From NCBI GenBank assembly GCA_951812345.1, contig OX638295.1:2414965-2478964 (forward strand): a stretch of 64,000 bases of DNA, given 5' to 3'. The notes below the pieces were generated by a model that was not told the origin of the DNA, did no database searches, and worked only from the letters and a program-made list of their open reading frames with translations. A program made the translations under genes and the position numbers. The DNA comes from Rhodothermales bacterium (GTDB taxonomy: Bacteria > Bacteroidota > Rhodothermia > Rhodothermales > VXPQ01). Numbering within the stretch: the first letter of the stretch is position 1; every line of letters begins with the position of its first letter. This document shows, one piece after another, positions 46,132 to 56,064 of the stretch.

Positions 46132-47756
46132 CCATGCCTGCCATGCGCCCCGAACCGGTTTTGAGCGCCGCGGCCATGCGCCGCGCCGACGAACGCACCA
46201 TCCATGATTTCGGCATACCGGCCCACACCCTCATGGAGTCAGCCGGAAAAGGCGCCGCCATGCGCCTCCTGCAGGAAATACAGCCGGGAAGCGCCGACGG
46301 CGCATGGCGCGTATACTGCGGAAAAGGACACAACGGAGGAGACGGATTCGTACTTGCAAGATACCTCTATGAGGCAGGCGCCACGGTACAGGTGCTCCAT
46401 CTGCACGGTAGCGGAAACAAATCGACCGGCGGGTCGCTGGCCGGGAATGTCGCCGCACACTTTGCCACCCTCCGGAAGATGGAAGAAGCAGATCCCGACG
46501 ACCGGCTCCATATTTTCCCGTACGATCCGGATGCCGCATGGCCCCATGCAGCCGTTCATGTGGACGCCCTGCTGGGCATTGGACTGGAGCGTGACCTGCG
46601 TGAGCCGGTGCGCACGCTGGTCGAGCGGCTCAATGCAGCACCCGGCCTGAAAATGGCCGTAGACATTCCAACCGGCCTCCACGCCGACCTCGGCAAACCG
46701 CTGGGAGCCGCTTTCCGGGCCGACCTGACCTGCGCCATGGGTGCGCTCAAAACAGGGCTCTGCCTGCACGAAGGGCCTGCATACGCAGGACAGTGCGCGG
46801 TTATCGACATCGGCATCCCGGGTGTCGTGCTCCGTGACGCTGCAGACGGAGATCCGGTCAGGTCCGGGTACCGCCCCTCCGACGACCTCGTACGCGGCTG
46901 GATGCCCGTACGCAACGCCAAGGCGCACAAATACTCCGTGGGACTGGCTGTGATCGTAGCGGGCTCGGAAGAAATGACCGGCGCAGCAGTCATGGCCGCA
47001 GAGGGAGCCGCGCGCGCCGGAGCCGGCTATGTAGTATGCGGATGCGATCACCGCATCCGGGATTCACTGGAAATTCAACTCCCGGATGTCGCTACCATTC
47101 CGCTCCCGGCTTCCGGCGACGGTATAGAGGCCGAAGGTGCGCTGGACGCGCTTTCGGAACGACTGGATAAATCCGGGGTTGTCGTCACAGGATGCGGACT
47201 GGGTCGAGCGCCGGGCACCCGGGCGTTTGTTCTCCGACTGCTGGAAACCGCGGCAACCCCAGTCGTCGTGGACGCCGATGCGCTCCACGCCCTGATCGGG
47301 CGGACAGACCTTCTGCGAAGCCGGGCAGGAGGGCGCTGGATACTGACGCCCCATGAGGGAGAATTCCGGCGATTGTTCGGCAGTGAACTCGACGAGGCGG
47401 GCATCGATCCGGCCGACCGGATGGCGGCAGCCCGGTATGTCGCGGACGCATACGACTGTGTACTGGTGCTCAAAGGATATCCCGCCCTTGCGGCGGCGCC
47501 TGGCGGCAGAACCTGGATCAATGCCGGCGGCGGACCGGCTTTGGCGACAGCGGGCACGGGGGACGTGCTGGCCGGCATATGCGGCGGCCTCCTGGCACAG
47601 GGATTGTCGGCGGAACAGGCTGCCGTAGCAGGTCTGCACCTTGGAGGCGCCGCTGCAGACCGGTACACCGCAAAACGAGCGGGGCACTCGCTGCGAGCAA
47701 CCGACCTCCTCGACGAATTGCCGTTCGCGATGAAAGAACGCTTCGGCGTGGGATAG
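46128..47756 (+). CDS. nnr: Bifunctional NAD(P)H-hydrate repair enzyme (epimerase/dehydratase)
   Basis: YjeF_N (YCGKGHNGGDGFVLARYL) plus carbohydrate-kinase-like C domain (GTGDVLAG); start MTMPAMRPEP overlaps the upstream stop. Confidence 0.85.
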   Translation: MTMPAMRPEPVLSAAAMRRADERTIHDFGIPAHTLMESAGKGAAMRLLQEIQPGSADGAWRVYCGKGHNGGDGFVLARYLYEAGATVQVLHLHGSGNKSTGGSLAGNVAAHFATLRKMEEADPDDRLHIFPYDPDAAWPHAAVHVDALLGIGLERDLREPVRTLVERLNAAPGLKMAVDIPTGLHADLGKPLGAAFRADLTCAMGALKTGLCLHEGPAYAGQCAVIDIGIPGVVLRDAADGDPVRSGYRPSDDLVRGWMPVRNAKAHKYSVGLAVIVAGSEEMTGAAVMAAEGAARAGAGYVVCGCDHRIRDSLEIQLPDVATIPLPASGDGIEAEGALDALSERLDKSGVVVTGCGLGRAPGTRAFVLRLLETAATPVVVDADALHALIGRTDLLRSRAGGRWILTPHEGEFRRLFGSELDEAGIDPADRMAAARYVADAYDCVLVLKGYPALAAAPGGRTWINAGGGPALATAGTGDVLAGICGGLLAQGLSAEQAAVAGLHLGGAAADRYTAKRAGHSLRATDLLDELPFAMKERFGVG

Positions 47757-47982
47757 CACGCCCGTTTGAAAAAAATTGCCGGAATTCACAATACGAATTC
47801 GCGGAACCGGGCATTTTTACGTACGTTAGGAAATAATGCGGGTTTGTTTTCGGGCCGGATTTATGCGAATTGCCACCCCGAAAAACGCATCGAACGCACT
47901 TGAAACCATTGTATGGGCGCCTCAGGCACGGTAATTTTTCCGACACCCTGATACGTATTCCAAACTATCCGGGAGCAGCGAC

Positions 47983-48642
47983 ATGGCTTTGCACAAGGAA
48001 GACAAATTCAACCTGAAGAACAAATACACGCTTTATATGGAGGCGGGTCTGATCGTCACGCTGGGCATTCTCATCGTTGCCTTCCGTGCTGACTGGACCA
48101 ACAGGAGCGATTTCGAGATCGTGCTTCCGGAACAGGAGCAGATCACCATGGAGGAAATCCAGCAGACGGAGCAAATCGAACAACCGCCTCCGCCGCCCAA
48201 GCCGCCCGTACCCGTAGAGGTGCCGAACGATGAAATCCTGGAGGATGATCTCCTCGACCTCGATGCTTCGTTGGACCTTGATGCCCCCGCGGCTGCCCTG
48301 CCCCCTCCCCCGCCCCCACCGGAGGAAGAAGATGATGAACCCGAGATCTTTGTGATCGTGGAGCAAATGCCTGAACTGATCGGGGGTATGGCTGCTATCA
48401 GCAACGAGATAAAGTACCCCGAGATTGCTCGCAAGGCCGGCGTGGAAGGACGTGTATTCCTGCAATTCGTCGTCGATGAACAGGGCAACGTACGGGATGT
48501 AACGGTCACCCGGGGTATTGGCGCAGGCTGTGACGAGGAAGCCGAACGGGTGGTGAGCCAGATGAAATTTACGCCCGGCAAGCAGCGTGGCAAAGCGGTC
48601 CAGGTGCGGATGTCGCTGCCGGTTACCTTCAAGCTGAAATAA
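47983..48642 (+). CDS. tonB: TonB-family energy transducer
   Basis: N-terminal TM, Pro-rich linker (PPPPPKPPVPVEVP), C-terminal GRVFLQFVVDEQGNVRDVTVTRG...KFTPGKQRGKAV. Confidence 0.8.
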   Translation: MALHKEDKFNLKNKYTLYMEAGLIVTLGILIVAFRADWTNRSDFEIVLPEQEQITMEEIQQTEQIEQPPPPPKPPVPVEVPNDEILEDDLLDLDASLDLDAPAAALPPPPPPPEEEDDEPEIFVIVEQMPELIGGMAAISNEIKYPEIARKAGVEGRVFLQFVVDEQGNVRDVTVTRGIGAGCDEEAERVVSQMKFTPGKQRGKAVQVRMSLPVTFKLK

Positions 48643-48691
48643 GCGCAGCGAGCGGCGGCCTGACGACAAAACGTGCGTGCAGGCAACCGCT

Positions 48692-49390
48692 TCACGTGCT
48701 TCTTGCCAGCGTACGCACACCCCCTTCCTCATCTCCGACGAGCACATCGGTGGTGTATCCTGCAAAAATACCATGATCGAGAACACCCGGTATGTTCTTG
48801 ATCGCTCGTCCGAGTGCTTCCGGGTTTTCGATACCCCCCTCAAACAATGCGTCCAGGATGTGAAAGTCCTGATCGGTGTGCACCGGCGTCCCGCCCTCAT
48901 CGGTGCGTAGTTTCGTCACCGAGGCGCCGAGACGTCTCAGCGCCTCGGTGACGGGATGCACTGCAAGAGGCACCACTTCCACAGGTACAGGAAAGGCAGA
49001 GCCGAGCCGACGCACGACCTTGGATTCGTCCACCAGCACCACGAAGCGGTCGGCTTGCGCCGCCACAATCTTTTCGCGTGTATGCGCTCCACCGCCGCCT
49101 TTGATAAGGCACCACTGCGGATCAATTTCATCCGCGCCGTCCATCGCCATATCCAGCCGATCCGCCTCCGCAAGTGTAACGAGCGGCAAGCCAAGCCTGC
49201 GAGCCGCCTGCTCTGTGGCCATCGAGGTCGCAACGCCCGAAAAAGACAACCCTTCTTCGCGCACGCGGCGACCTAATGCTTCCAGCGCGTATGCCATCGT
49301 GGACCCCGTGCCCAAACCGACACGCATGCCTTTTTGCACCCATGAAGCCGCATGTTCTCCTGCGGCCCGTTTTGAATGATCCCGATTCAC
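48692..49390 (-). CDS. rpiA: Ribose-5-phosphate isomerase A
   Basis: GLGTGSTMAY, DGADEIDP, IKGGGGAHTREK. Confidence 0.9.
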   Translation of the reverse strand: MNRDHSKRAAGEHAASWVQKGMRVGLGTGSTMAYALEALGRRVREEGLSFSGVATSMATEQAARRLGLPLVTLAEADRLDMAMDGADEIDPQWCLIKGGGGAHTREKIVAAQADRFVVLVDESKVVRRLGSAFPVPVEVVPLAVHPVTEALRRLGASVTKLRTDEGGTPVHTDQDFHILDALFEGGIENPEALGRAIKNIPGVLDHGIFAGYTTDVLVGDEEGGVRTLARST

Positions 49391-49520
49391 TTCGTTTGGT
49401 TGAAAAGTATCTGAGGCCGTCGGAAAAGATAAAACCGCTCGTCGATCCGGAACACGGCACGATCCAGTGAATATCGAAGATACGAATCTCTAACCGGGCA
49501 CTACGACCCTGACCGCATTT

Positions 49521-50354
49521 ATGGGAAAATTTATTTCGGTTGCGAACCAGAAAGGCGGCGTGGGCAAAACAACGACGGCTATCAATCTTGCTGCCTCGCT
49601 GGCCGCCATGGAGCATTCTGTCCTGCTTGTGGACATTGATCCCCAGGCTAACACCACCTCCGGAACCGGCATACAGGACGGAACACGCGGCCATTCCATC
49701 TACGAGGTGCTTATCGAAAGTATCGATATCCGCACGATCATACAAAAGACGGAGATTGCATCGCTCCATGTCGTGCCGAGCCACATCAACCTTGTCGGCG
49801 CCGAAATCGAAATTGCGGACCTCCCCAGACGGGAATACCGTCTCAAACAGGCCTTCGATGCCATCCGGCAGGACTACGCCTTCATCGTGATCGACTGCCC
49901 GCCTTCTCTCGGCCTGCTCACGGTCAATGCGCTCACTGCGTCCGACTCGGTAGTAATCCCTCTGCAAACCGAATATTTTGCCCTCGAGGGGCTGGGACAA
50001 CTCCTGAATACCATCCGGATCGTCCAGCAGCGCCTCAATCCGACCCTTGAAATAGAGGGGGTGCTGCTGACAATGTTCGACACCCGACTCCGCCTTGCAA
50101 ACCAGGTAGTGAACGAGGTGCGGCAATACTTCGGCGACAAAGTGTTCAAAACGATCGTCCAGCGAAACGTGCGACTTTCCGAAGCGCCCGGTTTTGGAAA
50201 ACCCGTGTTGCTCTACGACGCGGTTTCCACAGGTGCGCGCAACTATATCGCCCTGGCCCGCGAGATTGCCCAAAACAATCCTGTCGCCGCACCGGAAGAA
50301 AACGACGAAAACGTTGCCAGTTCGGATACGCCGTCGGTCGAATACGCACAATAA
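49521..50354 (+). CDS. parA: Chromosome partitioning ATPase ParA/Soj
   Basis: Deviant Walker A NQKGGVGKTTTAINLA; FIVIDCPPSLG. Confidence 0.9.
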   Translation: MGKFISVANQKGGVGKTTTAINLAASLAAMEHSVLLVDIDPQANTTSGTGIQDGTRGHSIYEVLIESIDIRTIIQKTEIASLHVVPSHINLVGAEIEIADLPRREYRLKQAFDAIRQDYAFIVIDCPPSLGLLTVNALTASDSVVIPLQTEYFALEGLGQLLNTIRIVQQRLNPTLEIEGVLLTMFDTRLRLANQVVNEVRQYFGDKVFKTIVQRNVRLSEAPGFGKPVLLYDAVSTGARNYIALAREIAQNNPVAAPEENDENVASSDTPSVEYAQ

Positions 50355-50382
50355 GCCCCCCTCACGTATCCCCTATTACATC

Positions 50383-51282
50383 ATGGCACCACGGAAAGAA
50401 GCGTTGGGACGCGGGCTGAGCGCCATTCTGGAATCGAACGAGGAGCCCCTTGCGCCCGACCGGCCGGCCGAACGGATCCGTCAGATCAGCGAGATCGACA
50501 TTGCTCTGATTCGGCCGAACCCCTTTCAGCCCCGCAAGGATTTCGATGAAGAGACACTAATCGCATTGGCGCATTCGATCGAACAACTCGGGCTTATTCA
50601 GCCCGTCACGGTGCGAACGGGGGGAGACGGTTATGAACTCATCTCCGGAGAACGACGGCTGCGCGCGGCGCGGCGCGCCGGTCTCGAACGCATACCTGCC
50701 TACGTTCGGGAGGTGGATGCGGATAGCATGTTGCAAATGGCTATCGTCGAAAACATCCAGCGAGAGAACCTCAATCCGATCGAGGAAGCGCTTGCCTACC
50801 GGCGCCTGATGGAAGAATGTGAGATGACCCACGAAGATGTTGCGCACAGCGTCGCCAAAAGCCGGTCCGCCGTAACCAACATGCTGCGCCTGCTCCGGCT
50901 GCCGCCGATCATCCAGGCGGGCCTTCGCGACGGGGACGTGTCGGTTGGACATGCCCGCGTCCTGATCAACATAGAGAACGAAAAAACGCAGATAGCGCTC
51001 TTCAAAGCGATCAAGGCGGAGGGGCTGTCCGTACGGGAAATCGAGCGAAGGGTACGGGAAACCCGCCGGGCGGATAGTAGAAAAAACAAAAAAGCGGGCA
51101 GCCCCGAAACGGGCGTACCGAAACGCGACGCCCTGCAACTCGAGCAATACACGGTGCAACTGCGCAATCACCTGGGCACCCGGGTCGGTATCCGGCGCCA
51201 GGGCGATGGCGGCCGGATCGAAATCGATTATTATTCCGGCGATGATCTGGAGCGTCTTCTCGAATTGATAACAGGAAAATAA
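50383..51282 (+). CDS. parB: Chromosome partitioning protein ParB/Spo0J
   Basis: Start MAPRKEALGRGLSAIL; GERRLRAARRAGL; NPIEEALAY. Confidence 0.9.
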   Translation: MAPRKEALGRGLSAILESNEEPLAPDRPAERIRQISEIDIALIRPNPFQPRKDFDEETLIALAHSIEQLGLIQPVTVRTGGDGYELISGERRLRAARRAGLERIPAYVREVDADSMLQMAIVENIQRENLNPIEEALAYRRLMEECEMTHEDVAHSVAKSRSAVTNMLRLLRLPPIIQAGLRDGDVSVGHARVLINIENEKTQIALFKAIKAEGLSVREIERRVRETRRADSRKNKKAGSPETGVPKRDALQLEQYTVQLRNHLGTRVGIRRQGDGGRIEIDYYSGDDLERLLELITGK

Positions 51283-51284
51283 TC

Positions 51285-51950
51285 GTGGATAGCCGGATTG
51301 GTTACGGCGCGGTCGTCCTGATGGCATGCATGGCCGGCTTCCCGGCGACACGCCCCGTAGCGGCACAACCTGATACAACCGTTGCGGCGCATGACCTTGC
51401 CCCCCGCACTGTACTTTGGCGGGCCGCCGTACCCGGCTGGGGCCAACTCCGCAATCGCCAATACGTTAAGGCAGCCGTTGTCTGGGGCGGTCTGGCAGGT
51501 TTTACCGGAGCAATCATCCATGCTAATCGGCGATACCGGACGTATGGCCACGGCTACCTGTGGATTGTCCGGGATATCTCCACGGTTAACGTTCCCGCAA
51601 GCTACGAGCAAGACTACCTGAGCCTGCTCAGCGAACTGGGGGTCTCTCCCGAAGAAGCTGCGTCGGACGCCTTCCAGAACAGACTGTCCGGCCTGTTCCG
51701 CCAGCAACGCGATGCCCTTCGCAGAAATCGCGACATGCTGTATATCGGCGCCGGCGTATTCTACGGGCTTTCGATCCTTGATGCGTACGTCCACGCACAA
51801 TTGCTCGACTTCGATGTCGGCGAAAATCTGGCATTTTCCCTGCAGCCCGCGGGCATCTCGGCCACATGGCGATTCAGGCGCCGGAACACCGCTGCCGATC
51901 CGGCGCAAGGCCCGGGATGCCAAACGAAAAAGAAACCATGCGGATATTAA
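51285..51950 (+). CDS. DUF5683-family protein
   Basis: WRAAVPGWGQLRNRQYVKAAVVWGGLAGF pattern and position immediately after parB, as in Bacteroidota. Confidence 0.6.
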   Translation: MDSRIGYGAVVLMACMAGFPATRPVAAQPDTTVAAHDLAPRTVLWRAAVPGWGQLRNRQYVKAAVVWGGLAGFTGAIIHANRRYRTYGHGYLWIVRDISTVNVPASYEQDYLSLLSELGVSPEEAASDAFQNRLSGLFRQQRDALRRNRDMLYIGAGVFYGLSILDAYVHAQLLDFDVGENLAFSLQPAGISATWRFRRRNTAADPAQGPGCQTKKKPCGY

Positions 51951-52083
51951 TATCGAAAATTGCTTATTTTACCCCGTTAATGCGTTAACGCCACGTTGTG
52001 GGGACATTTTCCACGCATTCCGTCTGCTTGCTTCAACAGGGGCCCGTTCCCTGGCCATACCGCCCGAGACGAATCACGACAAT

Positions 52084-53433
52084 ATGACGACGCCCCTTGA
52101 TTCCCAGTCAGAGCGCCATGACGGTGCGTCAGTGGATACCTGTGCGGCGAAAGAACTGACACTGTTCGAAAAATGCCACCGATTTTTTGACGAATCGACA
52201 GATTATGGACGGGCCAAAAAAGCCGGCCTGTACCCGTACTTCCGCATGATCGAACGGAACGAGGGCACCCGCGCCATGCTGAACGGGCGCGAGGTCATTA
52301 TGGCCGGCTCGAATAATTACCTGGGACTCACGTCCGATCTCCGCGTACAGGAAGCCGCCGCCAGGGCCATCAAGAAGTACGGCACCGGGTGCACCGGGAG
52401 CCGGTTCCTGAATGGCACGCTCGATCTGCACATCCAATTGGAAGAGCGGCTTGCCACTTTCATGAAAGCGCCGGGCTGTGTGGTGTTTTCAACAGGGTAT
52501 ATGGCGAATGAGGGGGTGATTCAGGCTCTTGCCTGCAAGGGGGATTTCATCTTCTCCGACAAGGATAACCATGCCTCCATCACCGCGGGTACGCGCGCCA
52601 GCATGGGGGAAACGATCCGTTTTCGGCACAACGACATGGATCACCTGCGGAGATTGCTTGCCAAAACCTCCAGAACCCATCCGGAAGCAGGCAAGTTGAT
52701 CGTTACGGACGGGGTGTTCTCCATGAGCGGCGTCATTGCAAAGGTGCCGGAACTGGTTGAACTCGCCGAAGAATTCGGAGCAGCGCTATTGCTTGACGAC
52801 GCGCATGCCTGCGGGGTCATTGGACCGGGCGGACGCGGATCGGCAGCGCATTTCGGCCTCAGCAAACGGGTGCCCCTGACCACGGGGACGTTCTCGAAGA
52901 GCTTCGCCTCAATAGGGGGATTCTGTGTGGCGACCAGGGACATCGTCGAGTTTGTTCGCCATCGCAGTTCCACGCACATGTTCAGCGCCTCCATGCCGCC
53001 GCCCAGTGTGGCTACAGTGCTTAAGTGCCTGGACATCCTGGAGGACGAACCCGAACGCCTCCAGCGCCTCTGGGAAATCTCGGACTACATGCGCAACGGC
53101 TTCCGGAATTTCGGATTCAATATCTGGACCAGCCAGTCCCCGGTCATTCCGGTCGTTATCGGCGACATGCTGACCTGTTTCAAGTTCTGGCACGACCTGC
53201 TCGAAGAAGGCGTCTTCGCCAATGCAGTCGCCCCTCCCGCCGTGCCGCAGGGCCAATCCCTCATGCGCACATCCTTCATGGCGACGCACTCAAACGACGA
53301 ACTGGATTTTATCCTTGAAAAATTCACCCGCGTAGGAATAAAACACGGTATCGTCAACAGAAATGGCACGGCAACTTCGGAAGAAGACGAAAAATACCTA
53401 ACGGAGGCGGTACAGGCTGACGCCCAGCCATAA
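52084..53433 (+). CDS. alpha-Oxoamine synthase family PLP enzyme (BioF/Kbl/serine palmitoyltransferase-like)
   Basis: Start MTTPLDSQ; SNNYLGL, DDAHACG, PLP-lysine context GTFSKSFASIGG. Confidence 0.75.
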   Translation: MTTPLDSQSERHDGASVDTCAAKELTLFEKCHRFFDESTDYGRAKKAGLYPYFRMIERNEGTRAMLNGREVIMAGSNNYLGLTSDLRVQEAAARAIKKYGTGCTGSRFLNGTLDLHIQLEERLATFMKAPGCVVFSTGYMANEGVIQALACKGDFIFSDKDNHASITAGTRASMGETIRFRHNDMDHLRRLLAKTSRTHPEAGKLIVTDGVFSMSGVIAKVPELVELAEEFGAALLLDDAHACGVIGPGGRGSAAHFGLSKRVPLTTGTFSKSFASIGGFCVATRDIVEFVRHRSSTHMFSASMPPPSVATVLKCLDILEDEPERLQRLWEISDYMRNGFRNFGFNIWTSQSPVIPVVIGDMLTCFKFWHDLLEEGVFANAVAPPAVPQGQSLMRTSFMATHSNDELDFILEKFTRVGIKHGIVNRNGTATSEEDEKYLTEAVQADAQP

Positions 53434-53474
53434 AGCCATGCGGCCATACCCGTGCCTGCCATCTCTTTGCTCGC

Positions 53475-54617
53475 ATGACTACACGCTCCGTGACCATTCG
53501 TCCCGTCCGCTCCCGGAGCGATCTCAAGGCATTCATTGATTTTCCGTACCGCCTGTACTGCGACTATCCTGCCTGGGTACCCCTGCTCCGACAGGATATT
53601 CGCCACACGCTGCATCCGAAGAAGAATGCTTTCTTCGAGCACGGCGCTATTTATCCGCTTCTTGCCCGCGACGCCTCTGGAACCGTCACAGGACGCATTG
53701 CCGCCATCGTAAACGGCATGCATCTCAAGACCTACGGGGATAACCTGGGCTATTTCGGGTTCTTCGAAACGATCGAGGATTATGCGGTAGCGGAGGCGCT
53801 CCTCGACGCCGCTTCCGCTCGCCTCCGGGAAGAGGGCCTGACGGGCGCGCGTGGACCCACGAATCCCTCTATCAACGATACCTGCGGCCTGCTGGTGAAT
53901 GGGTTCGATAAGGAGCCGGGGGTTCTCATGCCGTATAACCCCCCGTACTACGAGTCCTTTCTGGAGCGGTACGGCTTCGAGCGCGTGATGACCATGTGGG
54001 GGTATTATCTCCACAAGAAGTACCTGAAGATCGCCAAACTTGAACGCGGCGTCGAGATCGTCAAAAAGCGCAATCCGGGTGTTACGCTACGCACGCTGGA
54101 CATGAAGCGATTTGACGAAGAAGTGCAGACTATCCTCGATATATACAACGATGCCTGGGAAAATAACTGGGGGCATGTTCCGATGACAGAGGGGGAAATT
54201 GTCCAGCTTGGCCGACAGATGAAGCAGATCATCGATCCAGGCATCATCTATTTTTTGGAGGACAACGGAGTACCCGTGGGATTCTCCGTATCGTTGCCCA
54301 ACATCAACCAGTTGCTCCGGCATGTACGCAATGGGCGGCTGTTTCCGTTCGGCGTGTTCCAGTTGCTGATCCGGGAAAAACTCGGCGGAATCACAGAAAT
54401 TCGCACCCCCATCCTCGGCGTCCGGAAAAAATATCACGGACGCGGCCTGGATGCTATCATGAACCTTGCAGCGATCCAGGAGGGCCAGAAGCGCGGCTAC
54501 GATGCGGGCGAATTCAGCTGGGTTCTCGACTCCAATGTGCGCCAGCGGAATGCGCTCGTTTCTTTCGGCAGCGTCATCGACAAGGAATATGCGATGATGG
54601 AGAAGGCCTTGACGTAG
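53475..54617 (+). CDS. GNAT-like acyl/acetyltransferase family protein
   Basis: 380 aa; FIDFPYRLYCDYPAWVPLL N-terminus typical of a large uncharacterised GNAT-related family; YHGRGLDA. Confidence 0.5.
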   Translation: MTTRSVTIRPVRSRSDLKAFIDFPYRLYCDYPAWVPLLRQDIRHTLHPKKNAFFEHGAIYPLLARDASGTVTGRIAAIVNGMHLKTYGDNLGYFGFFETIEDYAVAEALLDAASARLREEGLTGARGPTNPSINDTCGLLVNGFDKEPGVLMPYNPPYYESFLERYGFERVMTMWGYYLHKKYLKIAKLERGVEIVKKRNPGVTLRTLDMKRFDEEVQTILDIYNDAWENNWGHVPMTEGEIVQLGRQMKQIIDPGIIYFLEDNGVPVGFSVSLPNINQLLRHVRNGRLFPFGVFQLLIREKLGGITEIRTPILGVRKKYHGRGLDAIMNLAAIQEGQKRGYDAGEFSWVLDSNVRQRNALVSFGSVIDKEYAMMEKALT

Positions 54618-54683
54618 GGCGACCCTGCAGATCGGACGGGATGGCCGTACCGTTCCGGCGCCTGCGTACGCGATCTCCACAGA

Positions 54684-54703
54684 TAAGGGATACTCTGATT
54701 AAG
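54684..54703 (+). repeat. Copy of dispersed motif
   Basis: TAAGGGATACTCTGATTAAG; ends 10 nt before the DUF1801 ATG. Confidence 0.5.
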
Positions 54704-54712
54704 CAGCAAGAC

Positions 54713-55102
54713 ATGTCCAAAGCCAGAACCGGAACGTTCGACGACTTGCTCCAAATCACGGAGGAGCCCCTGCGTCCCATTGCGCAAGCGCTGCGAGAGC
54801 TTGTTTTCGAGATCGACCCCGGCGCCTGCGAGGTGGTCCGCCTTGGCTACCGCTCTGCAACCTATGGCGTAGGATCAAGGCAAATGATTGACGGCTATGT
54901 CTACATTCTGCCTTATGAAAGATGGGTGAACCTCGGTTTCTATCAGGGCGCCAGTCTGACGGACCCGGAGGCCTTGCTTGAGGGAACCGGCGCAAAGATG
55001 CGCCATGTGAAGATGCATTCCCCGGAGGATGTGCATCGTTCGGCAATTCGAGGGCTAATTGAAAGCGCTCTCGCCGAGCGAAGGACGGCGCCCGGTCGCT
55101 GA
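54713..55102 (+). CDS. DUF1801 (YdhG-like) protein
   Basis: Start MSKARTGTFDD; EPLRPIAQALRELV...YRSATYGV...WVNLGFYQG pattern. Confidence 0.65.
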   Translation: MSKARTGTFDDLLQITEEPLRPIAQALRELVFEIDPGACEVVRLGYRSATYGVGSRQMIDGYVYILPYERWVNLGFYQGASLTDPEALLEGTGAKMRHVKMHSPEDVHRSAIRGLIESALAERRTAPGR

Positions 55103-55112
55103 TCTTTGCGGA

Positions 55113-55129
55113 TTTAATCAGAGTATTCC
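55113..55129 (-). repeat. Copy of dispersed motif (forward form on the minus strand)
   Basis: Plus strand TTTAATCAGAGTATTCC; 11 nt after the DUF1801 stop. Confidence 0.5.
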
Positions 55130-55141
55130 AGGGCGGAGCGG

Positions 55142-55165
55142 AGCGTATTGCTACGCTGTTTTTTT
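55142..55165 (+). terminator. Intrinsic terminator after the DUF1801 gene
   Basis: AGCGTA-TTGC-TACGCT stem-loop followed by G plus T7. Confidence 0.5.
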
Positions 55166-55189
55166 GTAGAATTTCCGGCGAATGAGTAG

Positions 55190-55279
55190 AAAAGGTATAA
55201 AAAAGGAGTAAAAAAGGCACCTTAATGGGATAAAAGGCCCGGATAGCATACAAAGCGAAAACGCCGGATCCCGGAAAAA
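55190..55279 (+). other. Phased A-tract array (predicted intrinsically bent DNA)
   Basis: A4-A6 runs starting at 55190, 55199, 55210, 55232, 55252, 55258, 55275; ends in AAAACGCCGG. Confidence 0.5.
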
Positions 55280-55414
55280 CGTTATGGTTAGTACCCTCTA
55301 TTTCTTGCCATGGCAGCCTTGGAAAAGTTGCATTTGACCGTGGCAGGCGCTACAATAAAGAATGACCGATTTCGTTGTAAACCAGACCCCGACCGTATAC
55401 AAGCGGAGGCGAAC

Positions 55415-55945
55415 ATGCACAGAGAGCGATCTATAGCGCAAAGGTTAACGGCCCTGACAGCAGCAGTAGTCATACTTGGGGGGTGGTGCCCCGAAGCGCT
55501 GGGGCAGATACAACCATTGGAAGGCGCACCTCTGGCGGTGCTGCAGCAAGGGCATGTAGAACAGGAACTGGTGCCGTACCGTCCGGCGATGGCCCAGGAT
55601 AGCCCACTTCCCGCATCGTCCGTCTTTGCGGAGGCCACAACGACAGAAATAGAGATGCTATACGAGAAAGACCCACAGCGGGCGGAATTTAACTACCGCG
55701 GTCGGGTTATGGTAATCACGGGCATTGTGTACAGGGTAGAGGGCGATTATATCAGATTCGCCAGCTACGATGGAGCCCGGTCCAATGCTGTCCACGCAAA
55801 GGGCGTAAAGTGCTACTTTTTCGAGCGTCAGAGATCGCTTGTAAATAACCTCAAAAGGGGAGACAGGATCGCTATGGAAGGGACTGTTTTGGGGTATGGC
55901 CCGCTCCGGAGAAACGTCGAGATAGCCCCCTGCACCATATTGTGA
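55415..55945 (+). CDS. Secreted OB-fold protein (tRNA_anti-like family)
   Basis: Start MHRERSIAQRLTALTAAVVILGG preceded by GGAGG; YRGRVMVITGIVYRVEGDYIRF...GVKCYF...GDRIAMEGTV pattern. Confidence 0.55.
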   Translation: MHRERSIAQRLTALTAAVVILGGWCPEALGQIQPLEGAPLAVLQQGHVEQELVPYRPAMAQDSPLPASSVFAEATTTEIEMLYEKDPQRAEFNYRGRVMVITGIVYRVEGDYIRFASYDGARSNAVHAKGVKCYFFERQRSLVNNLKRGDRIAMEGTVLGYGPLRRNVEIAPCTIL

Positions 55946-56019
55946 TCGGCTGTCGGGCCTGGGGCTATCCGATATAAGCTTCCCAAAAGGGCCAAATTGA
56001 GCTGAAAACGGGGAATTAT

Positions 56020-56064
56020 GGGGATTTATATACCAAACAAAGTTGCCTTACGGGTCTATGTATC
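56020..56064 (+). repeat. Left inverted repeat (45 nt)
   Basis: GGGGATTTATATACCAAACAAAGTTGCCTTACGGGTCTATGTATC; identical to the reverse complement of 59321..59361 except for a 4-nt CAAA duplication. Confidence 0.9.
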
